This document shows positions 39,477-56,013 of a DNA stretch of 64,000 nucleotides, piece by piece. The first letter of the stretch is position 1. Every line of letters begins with the position of its first letter. Made by a program: the position numbers and the translations under genes. The notes beneath the pieces were generated by a model. That model saw nothing but the letters and a program-made list of their open reading frames with translations, made no database searches and was not told where the DNA came from. The stretch is from Eledone cirrhosa (Eukaryota). Location of the stretch: the NCBI GenBank assembly GCA_964016885.1, contig OZ024754.1:5146001-5210000 (forward strand), written 5' to 3'.

Positions 39477-40446
39477 ATCTCAGTATGTCATCGTTACCTA
39501 TCACAGATGACATGTAATGATTTGTTCTTGTTTGTTTTTTTCCCTTTTATTTTTCTTTAATTTTTGACGTGGAAGTGTCTGTATATTGTCCAGTTAATGT
39601 AGCTACATATCCAGTTATTTTGGTGGATATGTATAGTATTGTGATGAGTGAGGTGTCGGAAAAGAGAAGTGGTGGGGGTTTGTTATTTCTTTATGTTGTT
39701 TGTATCATGTGCATCTGCTGCCGATAGCTTTTTTTCATTTTATTTTGCCAGTTTTATTTTCGTGATGTTAATCTTTTGATATTTTACATCTAAAAAAATA
39801 AAAAAGGCGAGAGAAATTTTCTTCCTTTTGAGCCATTGTTGAATTTTACATTAACTTACATCATATCTGTCCTTTCCTTCACAATACTGCCCCGTGGAAA
39901 AAGGTTATCACTCCATTGTTCTTTTGTCTGATTTGGGATTTGCTTTCATTTCCCTTATATTTCATATCTAAAACTTTTTTCCTTTGTGTATTTAACATCA
40001 AGTTTCTATTTTATGGCGTATGGATAACATTTGTTGTATTAGCATTTTGTTTTTGATATTTCCTTACTAAACTAATAGCAGCTCCAACTTCATGATAATG
40101 AAGCTATATTTTCTTTTTTTTTTATTATGGTGACTAGTGCATATATACCTACTGCTTTATTTCGGTATTGAGTTCGGTTTAAAATATGAATCTAAATCTT
40201 TTGTGCTATTCATTTCTAAAGTTCTTCCCTAGTTCCATATGTTATGTCATATCACCTTCATACTGTAAACAGTAAATAGATGTAATTTAATAATAGTGTA
40301 ATTTCCATTATGTAATTGACTGGAAAAAGGGGTTTGGTGAGCTAAATTCGTTCACTGGACATTATATGTACATCATTCCTATATAAACACACGCACTCAC
40401 ACGAACATACACACAAATATAATTATATCTATATTTACACGTATAC

Positions 40447-40488
<42 letters not shown>

Positions 40489-40520
40489 TATATATATATA
40501 TATATGTTCATATATATAAA

Positions 40521-40553
<33 letters not shown>

Positions 40554-40621
40554 ATAATATATATTCATATATATATATATAATATATATTCATATATATA
40601 TACATTTATATATATAATATA

Positions 40622-40652
<31 letters not shown>

Positions 40653-40682
40653 GAATATATATATATATATATATATATGTTC

Positions 40683-40714
<32 letters not shown>

Positions 40715-40789
40715 ATAATATATATTCATATATATATATATATATAATATATATTCATATCACGTACGACCTACCATACATCTTGCTTA

Positions 40790-40874
<85 letters not shown>

Positions 40875-40960
40875 GGAGGTGAGTTTTATTGTAGTACAAT
40901 AAAGCAATGCAGATATCGGATAAGAAGCACCCTACAGTTTGTGGGACTGGAGTATGCATA

Positions 40961-41035
40961 ATATAAGATCAAAAGATGGTTAAAGGAAATGCGCATAATA
41001 AAATATATTGAACTCCTTTAACCATCTTTTGATCT

Positions 41036-41040
<5 letters not shown>
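40961..41040. mobile_element. Truncated family-A element with inverted 3' end
   Basis: GAAATGCGCATAATAAAATA..AACTCCTTTAACCATCTTTTG matches the 56922-56973 copy. It is preceded by an inverted copy of its last 26 nt. Confidence 0.75.
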
Positions 41041-41075
<35 letters not shown>

Positions 41076-41718
41076 GTATATATATATATATATTTATATT
41101 TATTTATATATATATATTTATATATATAATATATATTCATATATGTATATATATAATCATTTATATATATATATATATACATAACTCTGTGTGTGTGTCT
41201 ATCTGTTGGTGTGTATGTATACATTTGCTTACGTGTAACTGTGTATGTGTGGTGTGTGTGTGAATCTAAAATAAGTGACAAATTATGTTTTGTTTATTCT
41301 GCGATGAGGATCTTTGCTTGAAACTTTCGATTCACACTCCATCCATCTTTTAACATTCAACTGTCTATTGATAGAGTAGGGCATAGAAACATGGACTGTC
41401 TCCTTTCATGGGAAAGTACGGGTTAAACAAAGTTTCTATATCAAATGGTAATGATCCTTTTAAAGACGTATACAGCCATGAAATTCGTTGTGAACATAAA
41501 ACCAGAATATATAATAGAAAAAGGAAAATTTCAGAAAAATGGTTTGCTGTATTTATCTATTTTTCTATAGGATCTGGGTGCAATCCCCAACGGGACCTAA
41601 GAGTTTTGCAAAGCTATAGTTTACGTAAGGCTTGTAAGAGAAAGCCTTGCTGTTTTCGTGAGATGATGATGATAAAACTTAAAATAGAAAAAGTTCCGCT
41701 GGAGTAATGTTCCTTGTA

Positions 41719-41761
<43 letters not shown>

Positions 41762-42061
41762 GTGTAATCTTACAATGGTGGTAAAATAAATGTATAGCTA
41801 AATGTATAGCTAATAAATGTATAGCTAAATGTATAGCTAATAAATGTACAGCTAATAGTGTTGATATTTCATAAAAACCTTTGGTGTGAAAACCTGACCG
41901 TGGCTGCAGCCAAAAGATGCCCGTCATCACCACAACCATCATCATTACCGTCATCATTATCATTATCGTCGTCGTCATCATCATCATCATCATCATCATC
42001 AACATCGACATCATCACGATCACGTTCATCATCGACATCGTTATCGTTATCATTGTCATAG

Positions 42062-42096
<35 letters not shown>

Positions 42097-42180
42097 GTTT
42101 TCGTCGTCGTCATCGTCGTGGTTATCATCGTCATCGTCGCGCCGCCACCGCCGCCATTGTCTTTGTCTTTGTCGTCGTCG

Positions 42181-42221
<41 letters not shown>

Positions 42222-42475
42222 GTTTTCGTCATCATCATCATCGTCGTTATCATCATCATCATCATCATCATCATCACGATGATCAACATCCTACCGCCAT
42301 CAACATTCAACATGGCAGCCATCACTATAATATCTACATGCAGACGTATTAACAAGTGTAACTTCATATAAATATACGCACACAGAAGCACACTTACACA
42401 CACACACACAGAAGCACACTTACACACACACACACACAGAAAAAGAAACACTTGAATATATATGAGTGTGTATGA

Positions 42476-42580
<105 letters not shown>

Positions 42581-42648
42581 TATGTGTGTGTGTAGGTTTG
42601 TCTGTCTGGGTGTACTTAAGTGTGTGTTTTCAGTGTTTGCATTGGTGC

Positions 42649-42680
<32 letters not shown>

Positions 42681-42681
42681 G

Positions 42682-42731
<50 letters not shown>

Positions 42732-42735
42732 TATT

Positions 42736-42862
<127 letters not shown>

Positions 42863-43543
42863 GTATATATATGTATGTATATATATGTGTATATATATAT
42901 ATATAAGTATATATATATATATATATATGTATATGTACGCGTGTGTGCACCGTGTCTGTGATTGAGATAGTGTGTGTGTGTGAGGATGTGTGTGTGTGTT
43001 TGCACGCGTATGTGCTGGACTCTGTGTGTGTGTGAACGAGTGTGCGTTTGTCTGCGTGTATGTGTGTGTGTATATGTGACTGTATGTGGGTGTCGGTGCA
43101 TGCGTGTGTGCGTGTACGTGTATGTGTCCGTTTGTGTGTACGAGTGTGTATGTGTGTGTACGAGTGAGTGTGTGTGTGTATGTGACTGGATATGTGTGTG
43201 TGTGTGTCTAGGTGTGTATGTGTGTGTGTGTGTGTCTGTGTGTGTGTATATGTGAGTGCGTGTGTCTGTGTGTGTGTATGTGTGAGTGTGTGTGTTTGTG
43301 TGTGTGTCCCTTAGAACTGCTAGAACAAAGACATTATATTTCCATTGATTATCGTGAAACCGACGAACCGTGATAGAACGCATGCTACTAAATAGAGCGG
43401 TGTGCTTAAATGCATGTGTGTGCATATGTGCTTCAGCAACGCCAATAGATGTGCACCAATGTGCATTGTGTGCACATTTCAATTGCTTAATATATCTCTT
43501 TATTAACGCATGTGCCAAACTGATTTTATATTTTCTTTTAAAT

Positions 43544-43606
<63 letters not shown>

Positions 43607-43701
43607 ATGTATACATGTCTATTTATATATATATATCGAGACACAAAAATATACATACACGTACACATATGTATAAATGTCTATCTATATATATATATGT
43701 G

Positions 43702-43761
<60 letters not shown>

Positions 43762-43980
43762 GGTGTGTGCTAAGTTCCCATTACGTGAAAAGGAGGTGTG
43801 ACTTGAACGACCATGCCAAGATAGATTATTGCATTTTGATGATTTTATCAATGTATATAGGTACTTGCATATACACAGACGCATGTAAACATATGTACTC
43901 ACACACATACACATATTTGGATATGTTTAAATATGTATCTATGTATGTATTTATGTATTTATATATGCATATATATATAT

Positions 43981-44035
<55 letters not shown>

Positions 44036-44105
44036 CATATATCCTTATATAAATAAATGTTTATATATTTATGTATATTTATACCTTGTCAGATATATAC
44101 ATGTC

Positions 44106-44183
<78 letters not shown>

Positions 44184-45071
44184 CATATATATATACATAC
44201 ATATATATATGTATGTATATATATATATATATATATGTATACATATATATATACATGTATATATATACATATGTATATATATATATATATATATGTATGA
44301 TGTATGTATACACATATATATATATACACATATATATATATATATATATGTTTGTGTGTATTTTATTCTTTTCACATATTACATGTTACCCAGTATTATA
44401 ACAGTTATTGATACACCAACTTATACATGCATTAACAATACACACACACACTCACACACACACACATACACACACACATAAATACACAACCACACTCACT
44501 CACTGACAAACACGCACGCGCATAAACAGCCACACAGACGCGCACACATACACACCATCCACATACACACCAGCGCGTCGTCATAAATAACCACACACGT
44601 ATCAAATATAGACAGAGATTTTTTAATATTTATTGACTGGGCAAGAATAGGACGTTGTCTGTACAAACAGTTACGTTGAACGCCATATTGACTTCCACAA
44701 CGTGTGCTGATGTGATTTCAGTAGTGAGAATAGGAATGGAATAGATTTCTTCATAGTTGATCCAAACTATTTATCAGAACATAAAAGTGATAAAAGAAAA
44801 AAAAAAAAAAAATGAGTAAATGTATACCTCTGTTATTATTTTAAGTTGTTGTTGTATTGTTATTGTTTTAGATATTTTTTTTTTAGATTCTATCATTTTC
44901 AATATGTCTCCTCCTCTTTCCCTACCTCTGTTTCTCCTCTCACCCTCCTCCCTCTCTCTGGTGTTACCTCACTCTTCCTCCTTCTCTGGTACTGGTTCTG
45001 ACATGCACACACACATACACGTAGACGTAAATGTATATTGCAGATAATCACGCACATATTGGAATGCCTAC

Positions 45072-45109
<38 letters not shown>

Positions 45110-45154
45110 ATATGTGCGTGTGTATGTATGTATATATATATATATATGTGTGTG

Positions 45155-45198
<44 letters not shown>

Positions 45199-45411
45199 CA
45201 TACACACATATATATATATAATATAAAATATATATATATATAATATAAAATATATTTGATATATATAAAATATATATATAATATATAATATATTTGATAT
45301 ATATAAAATATATATATATAATATATATTATATATATTATTATATAATATATATAATATATATATATGTGTGTGTGTGCGTATGTGTATATACTTATATA
45401 TATATACGTAG

Positions 45412-45471
<60 letters not shown>

Positions 45472-45565
45472 GTATGTATGTATTTGTGTATATGATATAT
45501 GTATTCATTGGTATATGTACATATATATATATACATATATATATATACATATATACATATATGTG

Positions 45566-45621
<56 letters not shown>

Positions 45622-46994
45622 CGTATGGGTGTCAGTTTCTTTGTGTGATATTTTCCTATATCTCTATATCATTCGCCTCGTTTACGTAAGACAACCCTTT
45701 TTCCTCTGTCTGTCTGTATATCTATGAATCTTTTTATCTTTGTAATTCTTTTTATCAACCTCTTCTTCCTGAGCTTCTTTCTAATTCATTTTTAGTTGTA
45801 TGTTTTTCTTTAGCCTCTGCCGTGTCTCACCATCTACCTCTCAGTCTATATCTGTTTCTCACTCTCTGTCTATATCTGTAATTTTTCCTCTCTTTAAACT
45901 ACCCTCGCAATTAATATGTCGGATCTAAAGTATTCTTAGATTTCAGTGAATTGTCGTCTTTGTCTCGGCAAACGTGTATATTTAAAGAAGAATATATATT
46001 TATTCATTCATTAAATCACCCAAGCATCTACCCCTCACCCTACATCCGTATATCCGTCCATCCGTCAATTCGACTCTCTTTCTTTCTATACAACCAACCA
46101 GCCAGCCAACTAACCCGGCAACCTTCCATCCGTCTATCCATCCACCCATCCGCCTATCCATCAATTCATCCAGTCCAGTCTTGTCTCGTGTTTGAATGTC
46201 CATCAAAGACACAACACAAACTCGTTTTAGATAACATATAATTTATATCAACTTTCTCTAGACTTTGATGTTATAGAGGAGTTCATAATTTCAGATCAAA
46301 AGCTGTCCGAAGTATGACAATTCGAAGGTCAGATTGTCCTTTAAATTTCAGAGGTCAAAATAGCCCCCTCTCAAAAAGAAAAGAAAAAAAAATCGAAATA
46401 AACGAGAAAAAGAAAGACAGAACCAAAATATATAAAAATATATAAGAATAAAAATAAACCAGAATAGAAACAACAACAAACAAAATAATGACCAATGAAA
46501 TAATCGCCAGTAAATTAATGCAAAAATAACAAGACAAAAAGTTACAATATAACCAAGAAGGAATATTTGGTCGTGGCTAACAATCAGAGAATTAATTTCA
46601 AATGGTGTTAGCTTGACGTGTGAAGCCGTGGCCATAACAAGCAATATTTTAACGATATGAGGTTAATTTGGATACAATAAAAAAAAAATAATGATATTCA
46701 TTTCACTCTCGCGCCGTAAAGATAAGGAAATAAAAAATAGGGTGTATAGAAACAACACAAACACAAGCCCATAGCCATTAAACTACAAAGGTGAAAAGAA
46801 TAAAGTAGGGTGTTTATTTCTTTTGAAAAAGGTCATATGCGATTTTTAATGTTGACAAAAATCCAAACCCCTTCCACGAGAAAACACACTCAACCTACAC
46901 ATTTGAAATCATGCGTGCAGAAATAAATGCATATACATACAGACACATGCACACAAACACACACACATGCACGCTCGCGCACACACACACATAC

Positions 46995-47051
<57 letters not shown>

Positions 47052-47080
47052 CATATATATATATATATATATTTATATAC

Positions 47081-47194
<114 letters not shown>

Positions 47195-47426
47195 ACAGGG
47201 AGACGTAGATGTACATACATCAACACAATTACATAAGTCTGCAAAAGTTACATCAAATCAAGAGAATATGTCTGCGCCTGTGTGTTTGTGTTTGTTTGTA
47301 TTCTTTCTTTTAGATTATTTTTTCAGCTTATTATTTAACTGGCTCCAGTCAATGCACTGCGTGTACATATATATATATGAGGAAAGACATAATGATTATG
47401 TGTCTAGGTATGAGACGTATAACACT

Positions 47427-47815
47427 ACATAGTTTCGTTTAATAATGAGTCATCAGCTGAATTGGCGAGAACAGTTCTAGTTATTTCTCAATGTTGAACA
47501 CATTAACTGTACCTTCCACTGATCAGTGAGATCTTCAGTGAGACACATGCATGGCTTAGTATTGAACAAGGTTTTTTCTCAATCCTCAGGTCTCGTGTTC
47601 GATCCCAATACGTGAATCGTTATGTACATAGTTTCGTCTAATGAGTCCTAAGCTGAACTGGCGACAACAGTTCTAGTTATTTTTCAATGTTGAACACATT
47701 AACTGGACCTTCCACTGATCAGTGAGATCTTCAGTAAGACACATGCATGGCTTAGTATTGAACAAGGTTTTTCTTAAGCCTCAGGTCTCGTGTTCGATCT
47801 CAAAATGTGAATCCT
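47427..47815. repeat. ~197-bp tandem duplication containing a decayed SINE head
   Basis: TACATAGTTTCGT...GTGTTCGATC at 47427 and again at 47624. Confidence 0.9.
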
Positions 47816-47900
47816 TGTGAATGAAATTCTTTGTAAGCACAAAGCATGGATTTGTACCTGTAATTTCAAAATCTCAATTTGTCACTTATTATATCATGCT

Positions 47901-48085
47901 GTGGATTGATAGTATCGGTAGAGGGTTGGACGCCATACTTTCTAGCATAGTTACATGCCAATACGGTCTGAGTTCAAATCCCGTGGAGATTAACTTTGCC
48001 TTTCATCCTTACGGGGTCAATAAAATAAAGTACCAGTAATACACTGGAATAATAGCTGGCTTTATGCCAAAAGTAGAAACAATTA
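47901..48085 (+). mobile_element. Full-length major SINE
   Basis: Consensus match. Confidence 0.9.
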
Positions 48086-48120
48086 TATCATGCTGATTCG
48101 GCTTTGTGTTAAGCTTAAGG

Positions 48121-48287
48121 CAGGGTTTCCCAAACTCTTTCAGACTCTGAACTCTTTTTGATTCAGAAACGTTTAGGGAAACCCCAATGTCTAATACTGT
48201 TATAGGGTCGTAATATAAATATACTCCTCTACCTTTTTTTTCGGAATCCCAGAAACACCTTTGTGGAATCAACTTTGGGAACCACTA
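48121..48287. mobile_element. hAT-type MITE
   Basis: TIRs CAGGGTTTCCCAAACT / ACTTTGGGAACCACTA and a perfect 8-bp TSD GCTTAAGG (48113-48120, 48288-48295). Confidence 0.85.
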
Positions 48288-49678
48288 GCTTAAGGGAAAC
48301 TTTCATGTTAATTAACGGGCTTCACGTCTCTATTAACTGATCACCCGAAGGTTGACCTTCGAAACCGACGAATGTTCAATCAACAACATCACATCTGTTT
48401 GTAAATTAATCTGTTAGAGAACAAGCCCCCGAAATCATGTTCACAGGGTATGAGCTTTAATGATTTGAGTTTTTTGTTTATGTTATATTGTGTCTAGAAC
48501 GACGTTTGAAAAATTACTGAAGGAAATGAAATACATTATGTCATTTAGCTGTGAATGAGTTATCGTCCTTTGAACGAAAGGTGACTCAAATTTACGTTTT
48601 GCCTCTTGCAACTTCTATAAAATAAATTTTTCACGACAAAACGTAATTTAAACTAGGAAAGCCGTTGAAGGCGGAGCCACAGAATCACCATAGTCCATGG
48701 CCTGAGAATCCACTCAAAGAATATATACATATAATAATATATAATGTCATATCCATCAATAGACACGAGGAAAAAAAATAAGATTTTACAGAAATTTATC
48801 GTAATTTTTCTCCTCTGAGAATGATAACGGCGGCAGTTGTAATGAGTTCGAACAAAAAACAGAAATAAGTATAAAAATTAAACATGGAATAGATAACTAC
48901 AACAAAAACAACAATAATAATAATAACAATAAAAATGAAAACAAATATCCAGTCATTGATATAAAGGAAAATGTTGCCAATTCAGCCAAAGTTGCATTCC
49001 TTTTGGAGGAATTATTCCCTGTGTAGCTTTGATCAGCAGATAGTAAAATGGCGTAATAGAACTTAATAAAAAATTATATATAGAGAAAAAATCTCAAATG
49101 TCATTATATTCCTTAATTGAATATTATATATTAATGTGAGATGTATGTGTACGTGCGTGTACGTGTCGGTGTGTATGTGTATATGTAATGTATAAGTGTG
49201 TAAATGTGTATAAATATACATTCACTGGCATACATACACACATATACGCATCCATACAGAGATGCACTCAAGCATACATAGACACAGATACACATATATA
49301 CAGAGATGCACGCAGAGTCACAGAAGCACACAAACACACATAGATATATTTGAAATTGCATGGACTCGAATCTATGTACATCCATGTGTGTGTATTTGTG
49401 TGTATGCCCTTGCTTGGAAGTAGAGTTCATCTGCATACTTGCCATGTATACATTTACCCCTTCCTATCGATGTACTCCTGTTTATATAAATTCTACTACA
49501 TTGTGCTTCGGTTTCTCTACTCGTTACCTCCCTATTTGTCTGTATTTTATTATATAGTGCATCTCTCTAGGTTTCTCTATGATTGCTTCGCTTTGTTAGT
49601 CTCTCTCCTAATATCTTTATATCATGGCGTGTTTATCATTCCTTCTTTATCTCTCTCTCTCTATCACTCTCTCTCTCC

Positions 49679-49711
<33 letters not shown>

Positions 49712-50013
49712 AAAATACATACCTCCTTCTCAACAAGGAAGATGAAAAAAACTCAACACTTAATTTTAAATCTTTAGTTTTTAGTTTTTGATTCTTATTA
49801 ATTCTTTCTAATTGTAATAGTCAACATTTGATGAGATGAATTTTACTAATACATCGAAACTGGTTATACTTTATCTACTTCATGAATATTATAAAACTCT
49901 TTTTTTCTTTAGAGAATTGGCCCTCCCATTTTTTTAATAATGTCACTTTGACGAATCAAAGAAAGGACAGAAAAACAGAACTCTAAATATATTTTCCGTG
50001 CTATTTCAAATCT

Positions 50014-50120
<107 letters not shown>

Positions 50121-50168
50121 CATTCATATATATATGTATATATATTATATATATGCATACATTCACAC

Positions 50169-50200
<32 letters not shown>

Positions 50201-50815
50201 ATATATATATACATATATATTTGCCTGCCTACATACATATATGTAAGCAAGCATGTATGTGCAAACTTTAGAATTTGCGCGAGCCATGTTTTGTATGTTC
50301 GTCTGATTTTTTCTTCTTGTATTTTATCGAGAATTGTAGAAAGATACTTTTGCTGTTCAGCTGTAAAGTCCTAAGTTGACGACAGATGAACGGAATTTAA
50401 AGGAAAAATGAACTTATAAATCTTAAATACATTACTAAGTCTTTCTTTTAAGTTAATTTAAGCGAATTAGACGATCGTCACTATTCTTTTATTATAAAAT
50501 AAGGCAGAGATTCGCAATTTAATCGTGTAAAAATTAGAAATTACATCAAACCACGCAGTCTATCTAAAATCTGTATGTTATGTTTTAAGTAAATCTATCA
50601 TTTAAAAAATCAATTTTTATTGACATAATTATATTAATAACAATAAGAATGTTCGATGCATTCGAAGAATTTAAAAATAAATAAAACGAGTAATACTAAC
50701 AATTATATACATACACACACATGCACACACACATATATATATATTAAAGAGAAATAAAAACACAATATGTATATATATATATATATATATGTAAATGGTA
50801 AAGAGAAATAACAAC

Positions 50816-50867
<52 letters not shown>

Positions 50868-50965
50868 ATTTCTCTTTAATATATATATATATATATATAT
50901 ATTAAAGAGAAATAACAACACAATATGTGTATATATATATGTAAATGGTAAAGAGAAATAACAAC

Positions 50966-51036
<71 letters not shown>

Positions 51037-51075
51037 GATATTAACAAATGGAAACTATATTTATAAAACCATATT

Positions 51076-51140
51076 TATTTCATTATACATATTTCAAGGA
51101 CACCAAGTTAAATTAGGGTGTGCTTTCATCAGATAAAATA
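51076..51140 (-). ncRNA. Minimal type-I hammerhead (family A)
   Basis: Reverse complement: TATTTTAT-CTGATGA-AAG(C)ACACC..GGTGT(C)CTT-GAA-ATATGTAT-A-ATGAAATA. The downstream ~45 nt match 16283-16325. Confidence 0.8.
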
Positions 51141-51207
51141 TAATATAGATCAGTTTTATAAATAAATATTGACATACCCTTAAAAAATGTAACCATTAAT
51201 CAGTATA

Positions 51208-51517
51208 CACTGAGGATGAAAAACTCAGAGCTGTATGGGAGCATCCCAAAAGTCAGCTCAAAAGTGACACAGAGGAGACTGAGGTTGGCTGGACATGCTC
51301 ACCGACATCCAGAGTTGACATTGCACTCAGTGCTCCTTTGGGAGCCCCTACATGGACACACTAGAAGAGGAAGACCAAGGTTAACGTATGTTGATGCCCT
51401 AAGGACAGACACTGGTCTGTTGGAGATGCAGGACATGGCAGCGATAATGAGGGACAGAGACCGCTGGAGAGAACTCGTCCATGGATCTCGGGAATTTTAC
51501 CCGCCTTAGATAGATAT
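51208..51517 (+). mobile_element. 3' end of an RTE-clade LINE ORF, 5'-truncated
   Basis: ORF 51216-51509 reads RRLRLAGH...LLWEPLHG..RGRPRLTYVD...M.DRDRWR, the typical RTE C-terminus, followed by a short (TAGA)n tail. Confidence 0.85.
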
Positions 51518-52067
51518 ATATATATATATATGTGCGTGCGTGTGTATGTGTGTGTGTGTGTGTGTGTGTTAATGTGTGTGTTAATATGTGAATGTGTCTT
51601 TTGTTTTAACTGAAACAGCCTAAGTAAAAATATCTTAACCTTAGCATATCTTCTGAATTGTGAGAATAAGGTTAAGGTGAATTCACTAAATGCCACACAT
51701 AAAATCTCTAAATTTCTTAAAATTTTCCTATAAAACATTTCAGAAAATATTTTCAATTGTGAGGAATTTCGAAGGAGCCACGTCAGGAGCTAATTCAAAG
51801 AATTTAAGTATTAATATATTGTATTATATTAAAGTTTGGGTTTCTGTAGTGTTAACAGTCCGTCACGCTATATAGAGCATGGTAATATGTCTGTGAGAAA
51901 AATTGGTGATGAAGTTGATTGTTGTGATGGAGGCGTATATATATGTGTGCGTGTGTGTGTGTGTGCGTGTGCGTGTGTGTGTGTGTGCGTGTGTGTGTTT
52001 GTGTGTGTGCGTTTGTGTGTTTGTGTGTGTGTTTGTGTGTGCGTGTATATATACATTCATACATACA

Positions 52068-52118
<51 letters not shown>

Positions 52119-52475
52119 ATATACATACATATATATATATATATATGTATGTATGAATGTATATATATGTATGTATGAATGTATATATATGTAAGCATGT
52201 ATATATATATATGTAAGTATGTATATATATATATATGTATGTATGTATATATATATATGTATGTATGTATGTATGCATGTATGTATATAAAAAATGAATC
52301 AGGTCTTTCCTGGTGATCTATTTTGAATGAAACAGTTCTAGTCCTGTAGAAGCCAATTCAATATTAAACATGATGTTTAAACCGAACTTATGTATTGAGT
52401 GCCTTACTTACTGTGGTTACCCCCGATTGAACACGCGACTCTTATATATATATATATATATATATTACAATGTGT

Positions 52476-52588
<113 letters not shown>

Positions 52589-53134
52589 TACGCACACACT
52601 TGAATATATATACATTGAGATACAGGGCGAGAGGGAGAGAGAATTTTTATAAATTATGAGTTTTCGAGAGATGACAAAAAATAACCAGAAATATGACAAT
52701 TATTATTATTGTTGTTGCTGTTGTTAAGTTTAGTATTATAAATGATGATGTTTATGGTGATGGACATAAGGCGGGGGCGGTGCTGATGATAGTAGTGGTG
52801 GGGGAAGGTGGTGAAGGTTGTTGTGTTCGTCATCGTCTTGGAGTTGGTGGTGATGGTGGTGAAGGTGGTGTTGGTGGTATTAGTGGTGGTGGTTGGTGGT
52901 GATGTTGTTGTTGGTGGTGGTGGTGGTGGTGGTGGTGGTGTTATCAATGTGGTGGCTTGAGTTGTGTGGCTATGCTGTTGTTGTTGCTGTTGGTGGTGGT
53001 GGTGGTGGTGGTGTTATCAATGGTGGTGGCTTGAGTTGTGTGGCTATGTTGTTGTTGTTAATGTTGTTGTTGTTGTTGTTGGTGGTGGTGGTGATGGTGG
53101 TTGAGTTTGGGGGCGCGTGGAATGGGGTATGATA

Positions 53135-53175
<41 letters not shown>

Positions 53176-53241
53176 ATAAGACGGTTTTCGAGGTGGTGAT
53201 GGTGATGATGGTGAATATGAATGAAGGAGGTGATGATGATG

Positions 53242-53348
<107 letters not shown>

Positions 53349-54478
53349 AATGACAGCAACAACAACAACGACAACAACATTGTTTTTATTTTCTTCTTCT
53401 TTCTATCTCAAACATTGTTATAAACGACATGCTAAGACATTTTGGATCAAAATTTACTACGAAATGTTTTAAAAATTTCGTTTCCGTCTTTGATCTATAG
53501 CTTTACAAATTTTAAAACCGGAATTGTATCTTTCCTCTCACTGATTCTTTACAAAAGGAAAACGAAAAGCGAAAAACGAAAAACGAAAAACGAAAAGAGG
53601 AAGAAAGAAACTCTCTCTTTCTCTCTATCTCTCTCTCTTTCTCCCTCTCTCTATCACTCTCTCTCTCTCGCTTTCTGGGAGAGAAGAGAAGTGATGAGAA
53701 GAGAAGAGCGAGAGAGAGGGGAATAATATATACGATGTCTTTGAACACAATGAAATAAATCAACCTAAATAATGCCATACCTCACTTTTACCATTTCTCA
53801 TTGAACATGAAGCATTTAACAGTTGCATATCAAAGTGAAGTGGTGCACATATATTCAATTGATTCCGATGGAAAAATGATTTTTATCATTTCAAAAAATT
53901 TGTTTTATTTGTTCGTTTATATATTCATTTGTTGGTTTGCTTGGCGTGTTGTTGTAGTTGTTGTTGCTGTTGTTATTGTTATTAGCATCATCATCATCAT
54001 CATCATCATCATCATTATCATCGTTATCATCATATTCATTATGTCCATTATTAGTATTATTGTCGTTATATTATTTTGCTTTGTGTTTGTTTATTATTTG
54101 TTATTATTGTTGTTGCTGCTGGTGTCCTTGTTGTTGGTGTTGTTGTTGTATTAGATTTTTTTTTTTTTTTTTTTTAAGATTTCTTTTTTTCCTAGATTTA
54201 TTCAACGGAATTCTTTTCCACGTCTGAGGTCATTGTCAATGACATCTTCGACGATCTTTATCAATAGCTTTCATATCTGTTTCGGTTGAAACACACAGAC
54301 ACGGATACATAAACAAACACTTAGCGAAAATCTCACCTACGTACACACATACACAAGTACACACATATTATCTATCATATGCCCATACTCACTAACACAT
54401 GCGTGCATACGCCCATACATAAACACAAAGGCACACAAACGCAAACTTATGTATGTGTACACATATACATATATACAT

Positions 54479-54576
<98 letters not shown>

Positions 54577-54855
54577 GTATATATATATGTATATGTGTGT
54601 ATATATAGATAGATAGAGAGATAGAGCGAGAGAGAGAGCAACAGAGACAGACACAGAACGCCAATAATATGATTTATGTATCTCTCACATCTTCTTTTTC
54701 ATCTCTCTACAATCTCTTTTCATGTGTATGTCTTTACGCAGAGACTCATACAATAAACACACACACACACTTATATATTATTGAATATGTGTACGAATAT
54801 GAGTGTACACACACACACAGACACACACAGACACACACGCGCATACACACACACA

Positions 54856-54938
<83 letters not shown>

Positions 54939-56013
54939 GCATACACATATATATATATATTGTGGTGTACACCTATTATTTATTAAACTGTGCTTTTGTC
55001 TTGTGCTGACTTTCCATTGAAGGCACCTGCAAAATTTCACTCCTCACACATTATATGAACAATCGTGAACATTTCGGCTTTTCTATGCATTTTAAAACCG
55101 TAATTTCGAACGTAGACGCAACGTTGCAATTTGTTTCTTTGTCTCTCTTCCTACATATTTAATTGAAGGTTGTCTTACTTAGGTAAATGCCATTAATTTT
55201 ACAAGTGTTCTGACTTTAACTCAACAAGGTCAAATTATGTAAAAGTTAATTTTGTTGACATATGCTACTGGTTCTAATCACATTGCATTGAGTCTTAGGC
55301 AAATATCATTTTCTATAATGTAGTTTCATCCAAGGAAAAAGTTCTGCTGTCTTTCGCTGTAGAAAATATTTACTATTCTTTCCTCTGTTCAGCCCAATCT
55401 TAAGTTAGACACAAATAAGGCTGAACGATTAATAAGTCTGCTTTGTAAACACGATTTCCTGTTTTCGATCTCAGTGTGACATCTTGTGTGCAAATGTAAC
55501 TCATCATAACCTCGGTGTGGCTCAAACCTAGTGGGTTGAATTATGTAAAAACTAACTGTTCATCAGCCTATCGGAGGAATTCTATCTGTAACTGTAAAGA
55601 CCCACCTTATCACACACTCTGTCATGCTGATTTCCCCTTGTGTAACGTATCAATGGAATACTCGGGCACGTGAACGTTAATTTTATGAATAGGCTGGGTT
55701 TTTTTTTTATCGAAGAGCTTCATGACTTTGTGTTTGATAATGAACATTATAATATCTAGTTTACCAGCTTCTATTTTTGATATGGTCGAGTAGTTTGTGG
55801 GTTTTCACAAACCTCATGATATGGTTGTGAAAGTTCTGAATTTTACTAACCATAGATGATGTGCAGTTCATACCTTGAAGACCATATAGGTGATAAATTT
55901 TACATTTTGAAGTTAAACGTTCCTTACTCTCCTTAAACGCCCCTGACCTAACTCCATTTTGTGATGGAACCCAACAGAACCCTTATTCGAGCTAGACAGC
56001 TTATAGCCTAGAA

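Noticed and set aside
39560-39860. Degenerate PLE RT remnant (minus: NVKF..FLDV..TGQY)
   Set aside because: The motifs are too short and frameshifted to support without a profile search.
48337-48370. CTGATCA..GAAGG/CCTTC-GAAAC hammerhead-like motif
   Set aside because: G8 is absent, spacing is wrong and there is no cleavage triplet or stem I.
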